Positions 18,759 through 27,923 of a stretch of 64,000 nt of DNA are shown piece by piece. A program made the translations under genes and the position numbers. Source of the stretch: Nitrososphaerota archaeon (GTDB taxonomy: Archaea; Thermoproteota; Nitrososphaeria; Nitrososphaerales; Nitrosopumilaceae); assembly GCA_027315065.1 (NCBI GenBank), contig DAHUYT010000004.1, forward strand, positions 803-64,802, in the 5' to 3' direction. A model generated the notes under the pieces. The model was not told the origin of the DNA, made no database searches, and saw nothing but the letters and a program-made list of their open reading frames with translations. The number at the start of each line of letters is the position of its first letter. Within the stretch, counting starts at the first letter, position 1.

Positions 18759-20564
18759 TTGAGCAAGACAAGCCTTTCTCAGTCTAGACCAGATAACCAT
18801 CCAAAACCCAAGATACAATGGGGTCGTCTAGAGGAAGCTGAAAAATTTGCAGAAATGGTAAAACTCTTCAGACAAAACAAGATTAGCCGTGATGATCTAC
18901 GAAGATTTAGACTTCAACATGGTGCATATGGTAGCCGAATGACTGATGATTATAGTATGATTCGTGTAAAAATTCCGGCTGGGGAATTATATCCAATTCA
19001 GATCGAAAAAATGGCAGAACTAAGCGAATCATTTTCAATTGGAAGCGCACACGTTTCTACAAGACAAAATTTCCAACTTCACTGGGTTGCACTGGAAGAT
19101 GTTTCTGAGGTTATGCGAGGACTGACAGAAGTTGGTTTAACGTCAAGAGAAGCATGTGGTAACTCTGTAAGAAATGTAATGTGTAGCCCTCTTGCAGGTG
19201 TATGCCCTGATGAAATATTTGATCCTACTCCATATGCTTTGTCGACAGCAAAGTTTCTACTACGAAATTCTATGAATCAATCGCTCCCAAGAAAATTCAA
19301 GATCAATTATACGTGTTGTGAGAAACATGGAATGGCAAGAATAGTGGATGTTGGTATTATACCAAAAAGAACAGAAATTAACGGAAAAATCCAGAATGGA
19401 TTCAAGGTCTTCTTAGGCGGTGGGCTTGGTGCCCAATCATTTGTGGGACATCAGCTTGAAGAATTTACTCTAGAAGAAGATTTACTCTACACAATAATTG
19501 CGGTCATCCGAGTCTATGATAGGATGGGTAATCGCGAAAATATGGCAAGAAATAGGATGCGGTATCTCGTTAATGAACTTGGGTGGGAAAAATTCCAAAA
19601 CATTGTGCTAAAAGAAAGAACAATGACAAGACTGACACAATCTGTTGTAATAAAACTTGATCTTGACAAGACTCCTGAAGTATTGCATAAAATTTCAATT
19701 AGCTCAGAAACTCCATCGCCTCCACCGGGGTTATCTAGATGGCTCAAAACTAATACCATGAAGCAAAAGCAACAAGGTTATAGTGTAGCGTTCATTACGC
19801 TAGAGTCCGGTGATATCACTGCAAGTCAATTACGGGCCGTTGCTGCTATGGCTAGGGACTTTTCCGCAGAGGGAAGAATTAGAAATGGATTTGCTCAAGA
19901 TATCGTATTCCGATGGGTACGAGAAGAAGATCTTCCAAAACTCTATGCCAGATTGCTAGACGTTGGTCTTGCAAATCCTGGTGCGTTGACTATGGCCTCA
20001 GTTGTGGGATGTTCTGGAACCACCTCGTGTAATCTAGCATTGACTAATTCACACAGACTAGCAAAAGAAGTTCAAAGAAAATTCCTCGAGTTAAAACTTG
20101 ATGAAGATGATGACCTGAGAGATTCCACAATCAAGATAAGCGGATGTCCAAATTCATGCGGTCAACATGAGATAGCGACAATTGGATTTTATGGCGGGGG
20201 AGGAAGATTGGGCAAGGACATGTATCCGTTGTATACCATGTCGCTAGGTGGAAGGGCAGACGAAAACTCAATGCTGGGATTGATGACAACCAAGGTTCCT
20301 ACGAAGAGGGTCATCCCAACAATCTTGAAAATAATTGAGATCTTCAAATCCGAAAAAAGATCTGGCGAAGTTCTGGATTCTTGGATTCGTCGAGTTATTG
20401 AAGGAAATGGCGGACCTAGGGTTAAATCTGTAAATGATATCAAGGAATTGGTAAAGCCCATTGTAGCACCCCCTACAATTGAGCAAGACCCAGACTTTTA
20501 CGTCGATTATGGGAACGATGAAAGTTATCATGCAAAAACTGGAAGGGGCGAATGTGCTGCTTGA
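18759..20564 (+). CDS. Siroheme/4Fe-4S sulfite/nitrite reductase (assimilatory)
   Basis: TRQNFQLH, CGNSVRN, PRKFKI, CSGTTSCN and GCPNSCG ligands. Confidence 0.9.
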   Translation: MSKTSLSQSRPDNHPKPKIQWGRLEEAEKFAEMVKLFRQNKISRDDLRRFRLQHGAYGSRMTDDYSMIRVKIPAGELYPIQIEKMAELSESFSIGSAHVSTRQNFQLHWVALEDVSEVMRGLTEVGLTSREACGNSVRNVMCSPLAGVCPDEIFDPTPYALSTAKFLLRNSMNQSLPRKFKINYTCCEKHGMARIVDVGIIPKRTEINGKIQNGFKVFLGGGLGAQSFVGHQLEEFTLEEDLLYTIIAVIRVYDRMGNRENMARNRMRYLVNELGWEKFQNIVLKERTMTRLTQSVVIKLDLDKTPEVLHKISISSETPSPPPGLSRWLKTNTMKQKQQGYSVAFITLESGDITASQLRAVAAMARDFSAEGRIRNGFAQDIVFRWVREEDLPKLYARLLDVGLANPGALTMASVVGCSGTTSCNLALTNSHRLAKEVQRKFLELKLDEDDDLRDSTIKISGCPNSCGQHEIATIGFYGGGGRLGKDMYPLYTMSLGGRADENSMLGLMTTKVPTKRVIPTILKIIEIFKSEKRSGEVLDSWIRRVIEGNGGPRVKSVNDIKELVKPIVAPPTIEQDPDFYVDYGNDESYHAKTGRGECAA

Positions 20565-21361
20565 GCAAAGAAAAGATTACAAGAGTAACCATTGACGCTG
20601 ATACCTTACGATCGGAGATTAGGGACAAGAGCGTCAAGGTACTTGACATAAGAAAAGAACCAGATTACAAACAAGGGCATGTACCAGGGGCAATTAATTT
20701 TCCATTATCTAGTCTTCTTTCTGACGACAGTCCAGAAATGATTCTTCAACATGTGCAGTCTTTTGGTATTGATGATGAAACACACGTTGTTGTCTATGAC
20801 GACACATTTGGCGCCTTGGCGTCGCGTGTAGCGTGGGCACTTCAGTATATTGGTCATGAAGGAGTTTCTCTATTGGATATTACATACGGATCGTGGAAAA
20901 AACTCGGACTTGAAACTAGTCTTGAATCTCCATCTCTTGGAAAGAAACCACATTCTCTAAATCTACAACCGCAAATTCTTGCAACTGCTGATTATCTCAT
21001 GCCTGCCAGAGAGGAAGGTGTCATATTGATGGATAATAGGGAGAGATTGAACTTTCTTGAACATCATATTCCTGGTGCTATTAACATTCCATATAGAATG
21101 CTTGCCTCTGCTCAGAATATACTAAGATCAAAAGATGAATTGAGGAGGCTTCTACATAATAGAAACATATCTTCTAACTCTGAGGTGGTTACATATTGTG
21201 GCAGTGTGGGCACTCTTTCAGGATTGGGGTATTATGCATTAAAGTCAATAGGAATTCAAAATGTAAAACTTTACGTTCGTTCGTTTAAGGAATGGGAGTC
21301 ATTAGAAAAACCAATTGAAAAACAAAAAGATGCAAACTATTGGGATCTCTCGGCAGAATAA
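20561..21361 (+). CDS. Tandem-domain rhodanese (thiosulfate/mercaptopyruvate sulfurtransferase)
   Basis: GHVPGA, YDD (inactive N-domain), HIPGA, YCGS active Cys. TTG at 20561 overlaps the upstream TGA stop. Confidence 0.85.
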   Translation: MSKEKITRVTIDADTLRSEIRDKSVKVLDIRKEPDYKQGHVPGAINFPLSSLLSDDSPEMILQHVQSFGIDDETHVVVYDDTFGALASRVAWALQYIGHEGVSLLDITYGSWKKLGLETSLESPSLGKKPHSLNLQPQILATADYLMPAREEGVILMDNRERLNFLEHHIPGAINIPYRMLASAQNILRSKDELRRLLHNRNISSNSEVVTYCGSVGTLSGLGYYALKSIGIQNVKLYVRSFKEWESLEKPIEKQKDANYWDLSAE

Positions 21362-21365
21362 TATT

Positions 21366-22505
21366 TTAGGTATTTTGTGTAGTCTCACTTCTTAGTTTCT
21401 TTGTAGTCTGACTCTCTATGTGATCAAAGAGATCTATCATTTTCTGTTTATTTGCTTGCAAGTATTCATAACCTTTGTCAGTTAATCTGATCTTGAATAA
21501 TCTAATCTCTCTATGTTCCTCAAAAAAATGTTCTATCATCTGTGCACCGCTTTTACTAGGATCTATGAACACATCCATCTTTGCAATTACTTCATTAACA
21601 TCTCCTTTCTCTATTGCAGACTTGACAGCTTGAGATGCCTCGCTAATTTCTTTCAGGTGTTGGATCAATAATGGATTGCTCCTTTTTGTTGTACCTAAGA
21701 ACCCTTTTTTTTCAACACCTATCTTGGAAGCCAACTCGGGGGCAATCTCAAACTCTTCTATTTTCGATAAACCTGTGTTTTTCTCCTCTTTTACCAGTAG
21801 GCCTTTTTCCACTAATTTTCTTGCTGCATCTTCTACCTCTATCTTGCCTAGCATGGTTGTCCAAACTATCTGGCCTACCTTGTGATATCCTTGTCTTACT
21901 GATTCTAGTACCACTACCTCGACGATTCTTCTATATCTGTCATCTGCCCTGACATTCTCAAAGTCTTTGTCTCTTACTGCTTTCTTTGCATTCTTGACAT
22001 CTATTTCGATTGAACGCTTCAAAGCCTCAATAGACTCTGGAATGTGATTCAAAAGAGAATAATAACACGCCTTGTTGTACCATGACATACCGTCTGTGGG
22101 ATTTGTCTCAATTGACTTTTCTACGCATTCAATAGCTTTTTCATAATTTTTTTGTCTGTAGTAGATTAGGCCTTTCAGGTTCCAAGCATCTGAATTTGTA
22201 ACATCGATCTCGTGAACCTTGTTATACTCTTCCATGGCTCCGCCCAAGTTGTCCATGTGAAATCGCGTATAGCCTAATTTGAGAAGAGAATCAACATGTC
22301 CCGGATCCATTTGTAATGCCCCTTCAAAGGCTCGTACTGCTTCTTCCATCTTTTCATCTGCCATACAAAAAACTCCTTTCTTATACAGTTTATCTCTGGC
22401 ATAGTTAGGATCTGTTATCTTTGATCCCTTTGATGTCTCTACAGGCATTTCAGGTTTTGTCTTACTTTCAGGTGACTCTGGGATATCCTTGAATATTTTT
22501 TTCAC
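21366..22505 (-). CDS. TPR-repeat protein with central wHTH-like segment and helical C-terminus
   Basis: Repeats such as AWNLKGLIYY and SWYNKACYYS, followed by IVWTTMLGKIEVEDAARKLVEKGLL. Confidence 0.82.
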   Translation of the reverse strand: MKKIFKDIPESPESKTKPEMPVETSKGSKITDPNYARDKLYKKGVFCMADEKMEEAVRAFEGALQMDPGHVDSLLKLGYTRFHMDNLGGAMEEYNKVHEIDVTNSDAWNLKGLIYYRQKNYEKAIECVEKSIETNPTDGMSWYNKACYYSLLNHIPESIEALKRSIEIDVKNAKKAVRDKDFENVRADDRYRRIVEVVVLESVRQGYHKVGQIVWTTMLGKIEVEDAARKLVEKGLLVKEEKNTGLSKIEEFEIAPELASKIGVEKKGFLGTTKRSNPLLIQHLKEISEASQAVKSAIEKGDVNEVIAKMDVFIDPSKSGAQMIEHFFEEHREIRLFKIRLTDKGYEYLQANKQKMIDLFDHIESQTTKKLRSETTQNT

Positions 22506-22631
22506 GACTGACCAAATATGGATTTTCCGTAGATAAATACCATTCCGGATGTATAAAAAGTAAATTTTGTTGGCAACGCAGCTTTATAACGCCTGATAAA
22601 TACAAAAATACTCAGGTATTACACCTAGGAT

Positions 22632-24035
22632 ATGTCAGCCGGAGAAAGGATCATAGAAATAACTGGCGAGTCGCCATTTAAGCTCACCTCGGGAGTATTT
22701 GAAGTTCAAATTTCTATCTGCGACTATCCACCTTCGCAAGAAGACATAAAACGAAGGACCTTTCCAGTTATCTGGAAAGATAATTTTCATCTAAGGGTGA
22801 AAGATGCAAAATTCACCCAGATTATAGGTTCTTTAAAAAATCCAATTCCTGATTTTGTATTTACACGAGATTCAGTTTGGGTCGTTATTCTTGATCAGTT
22901 CTCTTCAATTAATTCTGCTTTTCAAGTTACTGTGCCAAAGATTCTAGGTGAAATCCCTGCCACTCCTCCAAGAGAAGAATCACCAAGGGACCGCAAAACG
23001 CCTTCAGAATATTATCCTACATCAGGTACTCAGGGACCCCGTGGTCCTCAGGGTCTACCTGGAGTTCAAGGACCCTCTGGTCCACCAGGTCCTCAGGGTC
23101 CATCCGGCACGCAAGGAATCCAAGGTCCTCCAGGTGATAAGGGATCTCCTGGTCCACAAGGTCCTCCTGGTGATAAAGGTCCCCCAGGTCCTCCAGGTGA
23201 TAAGGGCGACAAGGGTGACAAAGGTCCAACTGGTGATAAAGGTATAACGGGAGATAAGGGTCCATCCGGAGATAAAGGTCCACGAGGAGACAAGGGAGAA
23301 GTTGGTGACAAGGGAGACAAGGGAGACAAGGGCGATAAGGGAGAAAAAGGCCTTACAGGCGAATCTGGTCCTATGGGAGATAAAGGCGTAACTGGTCTAC
23401 CTGGCCCACTTGGAGATAAAGGAATCCTTGGCCCTCCAGGTGATAAAGGACCACGAGGTCCATCTGGTCCTCTAGGTGATAAAGGACTTCCTGGTCCTCA
23501 GGGTCCTCTAGGTGATAAAGGTCTTACAGGTCCTCAGGGTCCTCTAGGTGATAAAGGTCCACAAGGTCCACAAGGTTCACCGGGGGAAAAAGGCCTAACT
23601 GGTATTCCTGGCCCTCAAGGTGAGAAAGGATCTAGAGGTTTACCCGGTCCATCTGGTGATCAAGGACCTAGAGGTCCGCCCGGTACTCAAGGTCCACCAG
23701 GCCCACAAGGAATTCAAGGTCCTCAAGGTGATAAAGGTCCACTGGGTCCACAAGGTCAATCTGGTGATAAAGGCCCACAAGGAATTCAAGGTCCTCAAGG
23801 TGACAAAGGGGTAACTGGTCCTTCCGGTATGGCTGGTGATAAAGGCCCGCAGGGACCTCAGGGTACGATGGGTGATGTAGGTCCACGTGGTCCACCAGGC
23901 CCGCCAGGTCCACCAGGTCAACCTGGATTTTCAGAACAACAAAAGCAAATAATCACTCAACTTATTGAAATATTAGCTTCAAAGAATATAATTACAACAG
24001 AACAACAGATCAAGTTACTAAGTTTTCTCTACTAG
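22632..24035 (+). CDS. Collagen-like protein (globular N-domain, 101 Gly-X-Y triplets, helical C-terminus)
   Basis: Uninterrupted Gly-X-Y from nt 23025 to 23933. Confidence 0.93.
   Translation: MSAGERIIEITGESPFKLTSGVFEVQISICDYPPSQEDIKRRTFPVIWKDNFHLRVKDAKFTQIIGSLKNPIPDFVFTRDSVWVVILDQFSSINSAFQVTVPKILGEIPATPPREESPRDRKTPSEYYPTSGTQGPRGPQGLPGVQGPSGPPGPQGPSGTQGIQGPPGDKGSPGPQGPPGDKGPPGPPGDKGDKGDKGPTGDKGITGDKGPSGDKGPRGDKGEVGDKGDKGDKGDKGEKGLTGESGPMGDKGVTGLPGPLGDKGILGPPGDKGPRGPSGPLGDKGLPGPQGPLGDKGLTGPQGPLGDKGPQGPQGSPGEKGLTGIPGPQGEKGSRGLPGPSGDQGPRGPPGTQGPPGPQGIQGPQGDKGPLGPQGQSGDKGPQGIQGPQGDKGVTGPSGMAGDKGPQGPQGTMGDVGPRGPPGPPGPPGQPGFSEQQKQIITQLIEILASKNIITTEQQIKLLSFLY
23025..23933 (+). repeat. Gly-X-Y coding repeat with internal exact duplications
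   Basis: 909 nt = 101 triplets. Exact 30-nt repeat at 23493 and 23529 (36 nt apart); exact 32-nt repeat at 23700 and 23772 (72 nt apart). Confidence 0.92.
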
Positions 24036-24344
24036 TGTATTCCTGCACAAACTATGTAATGGTGTCATAAAAGAAGCCGAAATTAAAATAAAGCATGTAA
24101 AAATTTCCATATGTGTTCTGCTTAGGCTGTGATATTGCAAAGATGAATTTGTTTTGTATTGATTATATCTAACAAAGTGTCTAATGTTGAGCATGTGTAG
24201 CGGAAACGGTTGCACATTTGATAATAAAAAATAATTCCTATGCTTGCATCAATCTGTACTTTATCTGTGTTGTACAATATAAAAAATATACTGAGTTAAA
24301 ATATTGAAATTATCGCCTGATGTCAAGCGATAATTTTTTTGATT

Positions 24345-24482
24345 TTATCTTCTGCGTTTCTTTGCAGATTTTCTTTTAGCTGGTCTTTTAGCTTTTTTAC
24401 CCGCTGTTCTTTTAGCTGCTGTTCTTCTCTTCGGAGCTGTTCTTCTTTTAGCAGCTTTTTTAGCGTGTCTTTTCATTGCCAT
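24345..24482 (-). CDS. 45-aa Lys/Arg/Ala-rich basic peptide (histone H1/protamine-like), below the ORF-track cutoff
   Basis: Manual translation MAMKRHAKKAAKRRTAPKRRTAAKRTAGKKAKRPAKRKSAKKRRR*; ATG at 24482, TAA at 24347-24345. Confidence 0.75.
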   Translation of the reverse strand: MAMKRHAKKAAKRRTAPKRRTAAKRTAGKKAKRPAKRKSAKKRRR

Positions 24483-24799
24483 TGACAAGTTTTACATTTT
24501 ACTTGTTTTTCTATCGGTACGCTTAAGAAAGTTACACCAAATGATGATATTGTATAAACAAATTTTTCATAAAATTCTAAAATTTTGATCGTGTTTTAGT
24601 AAAGCCAACTCGATGATGTTGTTTTCCTTCTAGTTTGAGATCTGTCTACATCATATGTCCTGTCTTATTATCTTTTTTGCAATTCTGAATCTTTTACATG
24701 GAAACCATATCTAGCTTCATTTTTGAAATCCGTGTCTTACACTCTATAATCTTCTATCTCTTTTTCATGAAATCAAAAGACTTTGCTGACTCGATGTTG

Positions 24800-25900
24800 C
24801 TATTTGCTTTTTACTATTGTAAGCACATCTTCATCTTCTAATATGTGGCTCAAACCCGTTCTTTGTCCTCCAAACTTGACGCTTTTTCCCCATACTAGTG
24901 CATATCTAAAATCTTTTTTCAAATCTCGGTGTAACTTGTTACACACATCTAAAACAGTAGAACTGCGTCTGACAATAAGCGGCTCTTTGTAATCTGTCTC
25001 ACCGCCCTTTGGTCTCATGTAAATTCTAATAAAATCTAGATATTCATAAATCGCGTCTCTGAGTGCCATTATGTTAATATCTGCATCAGCTGATATGGGA
25101 ATGATTTTTGATTTTATCTTTTCTTGTAATTCATTTAAGAATCCTTGGTTTACCAAGTCTATTTTATTCATCACGGTAAGAGACTCAACATAGAACTTGT
25201 TACCTGATACATAATCAATTAATTGTTCGGAATCTATGTCTTCTCTTATCAAGACACGTGCATTATTTATTCCGTATACTCGCAAGATATCTTTGAGTAG
25301 ATTTAACGGCATTTTTGTTATTGGTACCTGCTGGCTTACCGCTATTCCGCCATCGCCTGTTTTTTCTATAACAATGTCCGGAGGCTTTTGGTCTAGTCGG
25401 ATTCCTATATTGCCAAGCTCGGTTCTAATTACGTCCTCGTGGTATGGTTGGAATACATCTAATATAATTAACACTAAATCTGCACTTTTTGCTACTGACA
25501 GAACCCTTTTGCCAAGTCCCTTTCCTGTAGATGCTCCCTTTATTATTCCAGGCAAGTCCAGAACTTGAATCCTAGCACCGCGATATTCCATCATACCTGG
25601 AACTACTGTTGTAGTTGTAAATTGAAATGCGCCTACAGCTGACTTTGCGCCAGTAAGCCTGTTAAGTAAAGTCGATTTTCCAACGCTTGGGAGCCCGATG
25701 AACACAACAGTTGCATCTCCTGTTCTTTTTACATCGAAACCCACTGAACTACCTGAGCCCCTTGATTTTACATCTTCTTGCTCTCTTTTCAATTTGGCAA
25801 GCTTTGCCTTTAGCAAGCCTATGTGGTGTTCAGTGGCCTTGTTGATCTGAGTCTTGGCCATTTCGTCCTTTATGGCCTGGATCTTCTCTGGTATTCCCAT
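24800..25900 (-). CDS. DRG/OBG-family GTPase with TGS domain
   Basis: NKATEHHIGLLKAKLAKL, GLPSVGKS, FTT, DLPG, NKID. Confidence 0.93.
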   Translation of the reverse strand: MGIPEKIQAIKDEMAKTQINKATEHHIGLLKAKLAKLKREQEDVKSRGSGSSVGFDVKRTGDATVVFIGLPSVGKSTLLNRLTGAKSAVGAFQFTTTTVVPGMMEYRGARIQVLDLPGIIKGASTGKGLGKRVLSVAKSADLVLIILDVFQPYHEDVIRTELGNIGIRLDQKPPDIVIEKTGDGGIAVSQQVPITKMPLNLLKDILRVYGINNARVLIREDIDSEQLIDYVSGNKFYVESLTVMNKIDLVNQGFLNELQEKIKSKIIPISADADINIMALRDAIYEYLDFIRIYMRPKGGETDYKEPLIVRRSSTVLDVCNKLHRDLKKDFRYALVWGKSVKFGGQRTGLSHILEDEDVLTIVKSK

Positions 25901-25965
25901 CTATCTTACTTGGGACTAATACTGAATAAAATCTTACTAATTAGATTTGATTTGTTGTTTTATGG

Positions 25966-26463
25966 TTAAAGTTTGAATGAATTAAAATAATGGACAAACA
26001 TATTGCCAAAATATACTGAAGCAAACGCACTAGTTGTTCTTGCTATGCTCATAGCTATGAGAAATTTTTTGAAATTGTATCTTTTTACTCCCGCTATTAT
26101 TGTGACAATTTCTGTCAATATGGGAACTAAACTTAAAGCAAATATTATGCTCCAGCCGTGTTTGTCTAGCCGCTCAAAACTCTTCTTATAATCTTCTTCG
26201 CTATGAGCTTTTCTCAGCAGTTTGTATATCTTTTTCCCGTCGTATCCTATAAAATATGTTATAATTCCCCCACCGACCGATCCTATGGCCATAATGCTGA
26301 ACACAGATGCAGAATTTTGACCGTCTAGAAGTAGCGCAGTCGATGTTATCACTATTGGAAATGGAATAATTGAAGCAAAAATACAGTTTAGAAAAAGACC
26401 AAGTAATCCATACTTGACAAAGAACGGATTCTCAAGTATGGGTTTTAAAAAATCAACTAGCAT
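25966..26463 (-). CDS. DedA/VTT (SNARE-associated) membrane protein
   Basis: GSVGGGIITYFIG, IIAGV.RY.F..F; ATG at 26463 preferred. Confidence 0.75.
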   Translation of the reverse strand: MLVDFLKPILENPFFVKYGLLGLFLNCIFASIIPFPIVITSTALLLDGQNSASVFSIMAIGSVGGGIITYFIGYDGKKIYKLLRKAHSEEDYKKSFERLDKHGWSIIFALSLVPILTEIVTIIAGVKRYNFKKFLIAMSIARTTSAFASVYFGNMFVHYFNSFKL

Positions 26464-26500
26464 AATATTAGTGGTTTTCTTACATATTATAATTGAATGC

Positions 26501-26746
26501 TCAACATTCCAAAGACTTGGGATGTTTTTCATTATTTGATTTGTAGTACAATGTCTTGCCGTCTTTCTTTATGTAGACGATCCTTGTTGCTGGTATTGTC
26601 TCAAAGTTCTCCGAAATCTTGAGAAATTCTGTTAACATAGATTCCTTGATTACATTGAAATCAAGATAACCGACAAAATAAAGATCTGGATTGTCGTAAT
26701 GCAATGCTTTACTGAAAATTTCAGTCACCACGCCTTTTCTGGTCAC
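26501..26746 (-). CDS. DUF504/MJ1316-like small protein
   Basis: IPATRIVYIKKDG pattern resembles IPxHRI of DUF504. Confidence 0.6.
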   Translation of the reverse strand: MTRKGVVTEIFSKALHYDNPDLYFVGYLDFNVIKESMLTEFLKISENFETIPATRIVYIKKDGKTLYYKSNNEKHPKSLEC

Positions 26747-26833
26747 AAATTAGCAAACAGACATGAATATTTTAGTATCTCCATTCAAATTAGTCTATAT
26801 GCAAAAGCATATGATTTTAAATTCTAACAATCA

Positions 26834-27151
26834 ATGATTCAGATCATGACTAATAAAATTACACTAAATATCGACAAGCCGATCTATACCGAAGGTGAGT
26901 ATATGAAACTAAAAGTAGACTGTGAGACACTTACTACAAAACAGACAATTCACGTGACAGTTTTAGATCCATCTGAGAAGGAAGTTTTCAGTGCCGATCA
27001 GTACATTAATTCTCAAAAGGGGACTTACTCTACTGTGTTAAAGTTTGACACAAAACAATGGCGAATTTCTGGCAGATACAAAGTTGCAGTGTGGGATCAA
27101 GAAGGAACAAGAAAGGAAGTATTTTTCCAATTCAAGGGAAAGGTTTCATAA
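26834..27151 (+). CDS. Hypothetical beta-sandwich (Ig-like) protein
   Basis: DKPIY.EGE, V.DP and G.Y.V strand patterns. Confidence 0.55.
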   Translation: MIQIMTNKITLNIDKPIYTEGEYMKLKVDCETLTTKQTIHVTVLDPSEKEVFSADQYINSQKGTYSTVLKFDTKQWRISGRYKVAVWDQEGTRKEVFFQFKGKVS

Positions 27152-27226
27152 TACATTATAGGTAACAAAACAGAACAATGTGTTGTCTATTACAATTATT
27201 ATATTGGGTGTAATTATGTGATTTAA

Positions 27227-27919
27227 TTGAAGCCGAAGATATATGCTGTGGATATAGATGGTACCATCACGGATAACAAAGGGGGGAGAGTTAACCTTGA
27301 CGCACTTGCTGCCCTACGTTATTTAGTAAAACTTGGTCACAAAGTAATCTACGTGACGGGTAGATCATCAATTGAGGCCTACATTCTATCCGTATTTGGT
27401 GGGACGACAAGAATAGCAGTAGGGGAGAACGGTGGAATTATCACATCTGGACCAGATGAACACAGATTAATCGGAAACAAACAGGAATGCTTGAAAGCAT
27501 TACAATTCATTAAAACCAAGATTCCTGTAGTTGAAAAGCCTGTTTTTCCGCGTATTACGGAAGTTGTTCTTGAAAGAAATTTTGATATCAACTTGGGTAA
27601 AAAGATTTTGGCTGAAAATAATTTTGACGTGCAATTATCTGATAGCATGTATGCCTATCATATTAATTCCAAGGGGGTTAACAAGGCAAATGGATTCCTT
27701 GAAGTTATGAATATGTTCACAGCCACAAAGCAAGATGTTATTGCAATAGGCGATAGTGAAACAGATGTGCCGCTTTTTGGACTAGCTGACATAAGCGTGG
27801 CATTAGGCAATGCCACCGATTATGTAAAATCACATGCTACCATGACAGTTCCAGGACATGAAGGAGAAGGAATAATGGAAGCGCTTGAAAAGATTGAACT
27901 AAAACTTTTAGTAAAATAA
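27227..27919 (+). CDS. Phosphoglycolate phosphatase-like HAD (archaeal Cof type)
   Basis: DIDGTIT, TGRS, ENGG, GVNKANG, GDSETD. Confidence 0.85.
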   Translation: MKPKIYAVDIDGTITDNKGGRVNLDALAALRYLVKLGHKVIYVTGRSSIEAYILSVFGGTTRIAVGENGGIITSGPDEHRLIGNKQECLKALQFIKTKIPVVEKPVFPRITEVVLERNFDINLGKKILAENNFDVQLSDSMYAYHINSKGVNKANGFLEVMNMFTATKQDVIAIGDSETDVPLFGLADISVALGNATDYVKSHATMTVPGHEGEGIMEALEKIELKLLVK

Positions 27920-27923
27920 TACT

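Noticed and set aside
22948-23921. Several alternative-frame and antisense ORFs over the collagen gene (e.g. MSPLSPLSP..., MDLYLRMDP...)
   Set aside because: By-products of the Gly-X-Y codon repeat suppressing stop codons; no independent start context.
24018-24215. 65-aa minus-strand ORF after the collagen gene
   Set aside because: Overlaps the collagen stop antisense, with no motif or promoter evidence.
24601-24799. Imperfect direct repeat GC(C/T)(A/G)ACTCGATG at 24604 and 24785
   Set aside because: Short, only two copies, no element structure between them; compatible with chance.
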